A stretch of 64,000 bases of DNA from positions 3,162,001 to 3,226,000 of the forward strand of contig OZ024764.1 in NCBI GenBank assembly GCA_964016885.1. Direction: 5' to 3'. The notes beneath the pieces are model-generated. The model worked only from the letters and a program-made list of their open reading frames with translations. It ran no database searches and was not told the DNA's origin. Every line of letters begins with the position of its first letter. The stretch's first letter is position 1. This stretch comes from Eledone cirrhosa (taxonomy: Eukaryota). Shown here piece by piece: positions 59,714 through 64,000 of this stretch. A program made the translations under genes and the position numbers.

Positions 59714-59779
59714 TATTTTATCTGATGAAAGCGCACCATAATTTACGTTGGTCGCCCTTGAAATATATATAATAAAATA
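59714..59779 (+). ncRNA. Type I hammerhead ribozyme motif
   Basis: UAUUUUAU-CUGAUGA(59722)-AAGCGCACC...GGUCGCCCUU-GAAA(59760)-UAUAUA-UA^AUAAAAUA. Confidence 0.75.
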
Positions 59780-59913
59780 ATTATGGTTTTATAAATATAG
59801 TTTCCATTTATTAATATATTGTGTATTTACTCCACTAAACTGTTGAGTGCTTTATATCAGTTATAAAAACTTTTAAGCTTGTTGAATCCCAACAAATTAA
59901 ATATAACCTCTGC

Positions 59914-59963
<50 letters not shown>

Positions 59964-60217
59964 AAGCACACAGTCCATGTTGTGGTGCCACAATAAAAAG
60001 GACCCCCCAGTCCACACTGTAACAGGGTCAACATTAGGAAGTTTACCCAACTGTAGAAACTAAGCCAATATACAGTCAGATAAGCATGAAGTCTCCTGAC
60101 GCGACACATCATTCATAAGATGACAACTTGTCTAACCCAGGTAAGCATGGAAAAATAGACATTAAAAGATGATGATGATATACACACACATACACGTATA
60201 TATATATATATATATAT

Positions 60218-61417
60218 AATTGTTTCTACTTTAGCCACAAGGCCAGCAATTACCCCAGTGTATTACTGGTACTTTATTTTATCGACCCCGTAATAATTGT
60301 TTCTACTTTAGGCACAAGGCCAGCAATTACCCCAGTGTATTACTGGTACTTTATTTTATCGACCCCGTAATAATTGTTTCTACTTTAGGCACAAGGCCAG
60401 CAATTATCCCAGTGTATTACTGGTACTTTATTTTATCGACCCCGTAATAATTGTTTCTACTTTAGGCACAAGGCCAGCAATTATACCAGTGTATTACTGG
60501 TACTTTATTTTATCGACCCCGTATTAATTGTTTCTGCTTTAGGCACAAGGCCAGCAATTATACCAGTGTATTACTGGTACTTTATTTTATCGACCCCGTA
60601 TTAATTGTTTCTACTTTAGGCACAAGGCCAGCAATTACCCTAGTGTATTACTGGTACTTTATTTTATCGACCCCGTATTAATTGTTTCTACTTTAGGCAC
60701 AAAGCCAGCAATTACCCCAGTGTATTACTGGTACTTTATTTTATCGACCCCGTAATAATTGTTTCTACTCTAGGCACAAGGCCAGCAATTATACCAGTGT
60801 ATTACTGGTACTTTATTTTATCGACCCCGTATTAATTGTTTCTACTTTAGGCACAAGGCCAGCAATTACCCCAGTGTATTACTGGTACTTTATTTTATCG
60901 ACCCCGTATTAATTGTTTCTACTTTAGGCACAAGGCCAGCAATTACCCCAGTGTATTACTGGTACTTTATTTTATCGACCCCGTATTAATTGTTTCTATT
61001 TTAGGCACAAGGCCAGCAATTACCCCAGTGTATTACTGGTACTTTATTTTATCGACCCCGTAATAATTGTTTCTACTTTTGGCACGCACAAGGCCAGCAA
61101 TTACGCCAGTGTATTACTGGTACTTTATTTTATCGACCCCGTATTAATTGTTTCTACTTTTGGCACGCACAAGGCCAGCAATTACCCCAGTGTATTACTG
61201 GTACTTTATTTTATCGACCCCGTAATAATTGTTTCTACTTTAGGCACAAGGCCAGCAATTACCCCAGTGTATTACTGGTACTTTATTTTATCGACCCCGT
61301 AAAGATGAAAGCCAAAGTTAACCTCGGCGGGATTTGAACTCAGATCATAAAGGGCCGTAACTCTTTGTGCAAAGCATGGCGTCCGACCCTCTCCCGATAC
61401 TGCCAATCCACCGCCCT
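60218..61417 (-). mobile_element. Meta-domain SINE whose 3' 77 bp is tandemly expanded ~14x
   Basis: One head at 61417-61300; unit TTGTTTCTACTTTAGGCACAAGGCCAGCAATTACCCCAGTGTATTACTGGTACTTTATTTTATCGACCCCGTA(A/T)TAA. Confidence 0.9.
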
Positions 61418-61517
61418 AAATATATATATATATAATGAAGGAAATGTGGTAAGGAACCAGGTGGACCATAACGCACCAGAGTACTCAATACTTGGGGTAG
61501 TAGAGTGGGTATTAGCA

Positions 61518-61617
61518 AAAGAGTCAGGACCCCGGCGTCTGAGCTCTGGCCATTTCGACAGCGAGATCTAGCCGTCGAAACGGCCGGAGCTCACCCGTCG
61601 AGGTCCTGACTCTTTTC
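61518..61617. repeat. ~100-bp GC-rich imperfect palindrome
   Basis: AAAAGAGTCAGGACC..GAGCTCTGGCCATTTCGAC / GTCGAAACGGCCGGAGCTC..GGTCCTGACTCTTTT. Confidence 0.8.
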
Positions 61618-61718
61618 ATATATATATATATGTAGTTGTCTCTGTGGCCTAGCGGTAAGTACTAGAGACGGTGGAGATCCTGGCCTTGTTTCAATCCTGG
61701 TCAAGGCGTACATGTAAT

Positions 61719-62058
61719 GGAGGCACATGGCTTAGTGGTTAGAGCATTGGCCTTGCAATCGAAAGGTTGTGAGTTCAATCCTCAGACCGGGTGATGTGTT
61801 GTTTCCTTGAGCAAGACACTTTATTTCACATTGCCCCAGTTTACTCAGCTGTAGAAATGAGATGATAGGGACTGGGGTCCCTATCATTCCACTGCAGAGT
61901 GGTCGTGGAGGTGCCACAGCAAAAAAGCACCCAACACTCACTGTAAATGAGGTTGGTGTTAGGAAGGGAATCCAGCTGTAGAAATCAAGCCAGAATCAGT
62001 TCCCGTCCCACCCTTGCAAGCAGGGAAAAGTGGATGTAAAAATGATGATGATGATGAT
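61719..62058 (+). mobile_element. CORE-type SINE copy
   Basis: Full-length match to the 5930 family. Confidence 0.88.
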
Positions 62059-62417
62059 GTGTATTTATATATATATATATATATTAGTGTGACTTCACAT
62101 GTGTTAATTGAATGTATATAGTATATATATATATACACACACGCACACACACACACAGATATATATATATGTGTGTGTGTGTGTGTCTGTCGATATATAA
62201 TGAGTTTAAAATCAACAAACAAACTATTTGAGCGCCAAAAGACCTCCTTAAATGGAAAATAAGATTTCTAAACATCTTAAGAATTTCAAGATGTTTACCA
62301 ATGTTAATTGGTAGAAAATTAGTTTTTCAAAGAGGAAAAAATATCATTTAATTGGTGAGGGTAAGTTGTTCTTCCGCTCTTAGGATGTTAGATATATATA
62401 TATAATATATATATGTG

Positions 62418-62463
<46 letters not shown>

Positions 62464-62489
62464 TATATATATATTATATATATATTATA

Positions 62490-62826
62490 TCATCACCATC
62501 ATTTTACGTCCGCTTTTTCCCTGCTTGCAAGGGTGGGACGGGAACTGATTCTGGCTTGATTTCTACAGCTGGATGCCCTTCCTAACACCAACCTCATTTA
62601 CAGTGAGTGCTGGGTGCTTTTTTGCCGTGGCACTTCCACGACCACTTTACAGTGGAATGATAGGGACCCCAGTCCCTATCATCTCATTTCTACAGCTGAG
62701 TAAACTGGAGCAATGTGAAATAAAGTGTCTTGCTCAAGGAAACAACACATCACCCGGTCTGAGAATTGAACTCACAACCTTTCGATTGCAAGGCCAATGC
62801 TCTAACCACTAAGCCATGTGCTTCCA
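62490..62826 (-). mobile_element. CORE-type SINE copy
   Basis: Full-length reverse-complement match. Confidence 0.88.
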
Positions 62827-62839
62827 TATATATATATAT

Positions 62840-63205
62840 TCGATTTCCATGTGTCTAACACACGTGGACATGCCCACAAAGTAAGAAAACAGCACAGTTC
62901 CCATGACTTTCGGAAACATTTTTTCACGCTCAGAGTTGCTGAAGCATGGAACAAACTACCTGCATCGGTTGTTAGCTGTCGAGACACTGCATCCTTTAAA
63001 ACCTCCATGGAACAAACTACCTGCATCAGTTGTTAGCTGTCGAGACACTGCATCCTTTAAGGCCTCCATGCTTCCCGAGATCCGCCAACACTACAGCTAA
63101 CACATACACACATGTACTTCCCTGACATTTGTGTATTATTCTATGTACTATATTGACGAGTTGTAGTGCACCTGAGCACTTTACACAATAATTTCATTAT
63201 TATTA
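62840..63205 (+). mobile_element. CR1-type LINE 3' end (two copies of the 61-bp unit)
   Basis: FHVSNTRGHAHKVRKQHSSHDFRKHFFTLRVAEAWNKLP; (ATT)n tail. Confidence 0.88.
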
Positions 63206-63227
63206 TATATATATCAAACAAATTTTG

Positions 63228-63289
63228 TATATTATCTGATGAGAGCGTACCAAAGTTTTTGGTACCTTTGAAATATATATAATAGAATA
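63228..63289 (+). ncRNA. Type I hammerhead ribozyme motif in a half-element (63215-63335)
   Basis: UAUAUUAU-CUGAUGA(63236)-GAGC-GUACCAAA...UUUGGUAC-CUUU-GAAA(63270)-UAUAUA-UA^AUAGAAUA; near-identical to 34050-34110. Confidence 0.7.
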
Positions 63290-63332
63290 AATATGGTTTT
63301 ATAAATATAGTTTCCATTTATTAAAATCATTG

Positions 63333-64000
<668 letters not shown>

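Larger units (their letters stand above)
59125..59915. mobile_element. Palindromic Penelope-like element whose left arm is interrupted by a CORE-SINE
   Basis: Arms mirror around ~59638 (GACATACCCGG...TTGAAAT / ATTTCAA...CCGGGTATGTC); shared tail 59820-59915. Confidence 0.72.

Overview
Eukaryotic, very repeat-rich animal DNA. It is probably a coleoid cephalopod or octopod, inferred from tRNA-derived CORE- and Meta-domain SINEs, RTE/CR1 LINE debris and dense (TA)n/(CA)n/(CAT)n/(CAC)n microsatellites. I can support one protein-coding gene, absent as a whole from the ORF track because it is spliced: a minus-strand fatty-acid-binding protein (FABP/iLBP). It has coding exons 23622-23550, 19356-19169, 13457-13356 and 7769-7716 (73+188+102+54 nt, 138 aa), plus a probable non-coding first exon (29889-29550) behind a TATA box. 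Nearly all long ORFs in the track are read-throughs of tandem repeats. Two patterns stand out. (1) About 14 intact or variant type-I hammerhead-ribozyme motifs (CUGANGA...GAAA, palindromic mini stem III), plus 2 disrupted ones, lie mostly in short non-coding, often palindromic Penelope-like elements in (TA)n tracts. Three are sense to the FABP transcript and one has a U3-A8 core covariation. (2) Many minisatellite arrays visibly grew out of internal segments of RTE, CR1, SINE and MITE elements, and unexpanded copies are present in the same window. All structure calls and counts are by eye and none is experimentally or computationally verified.
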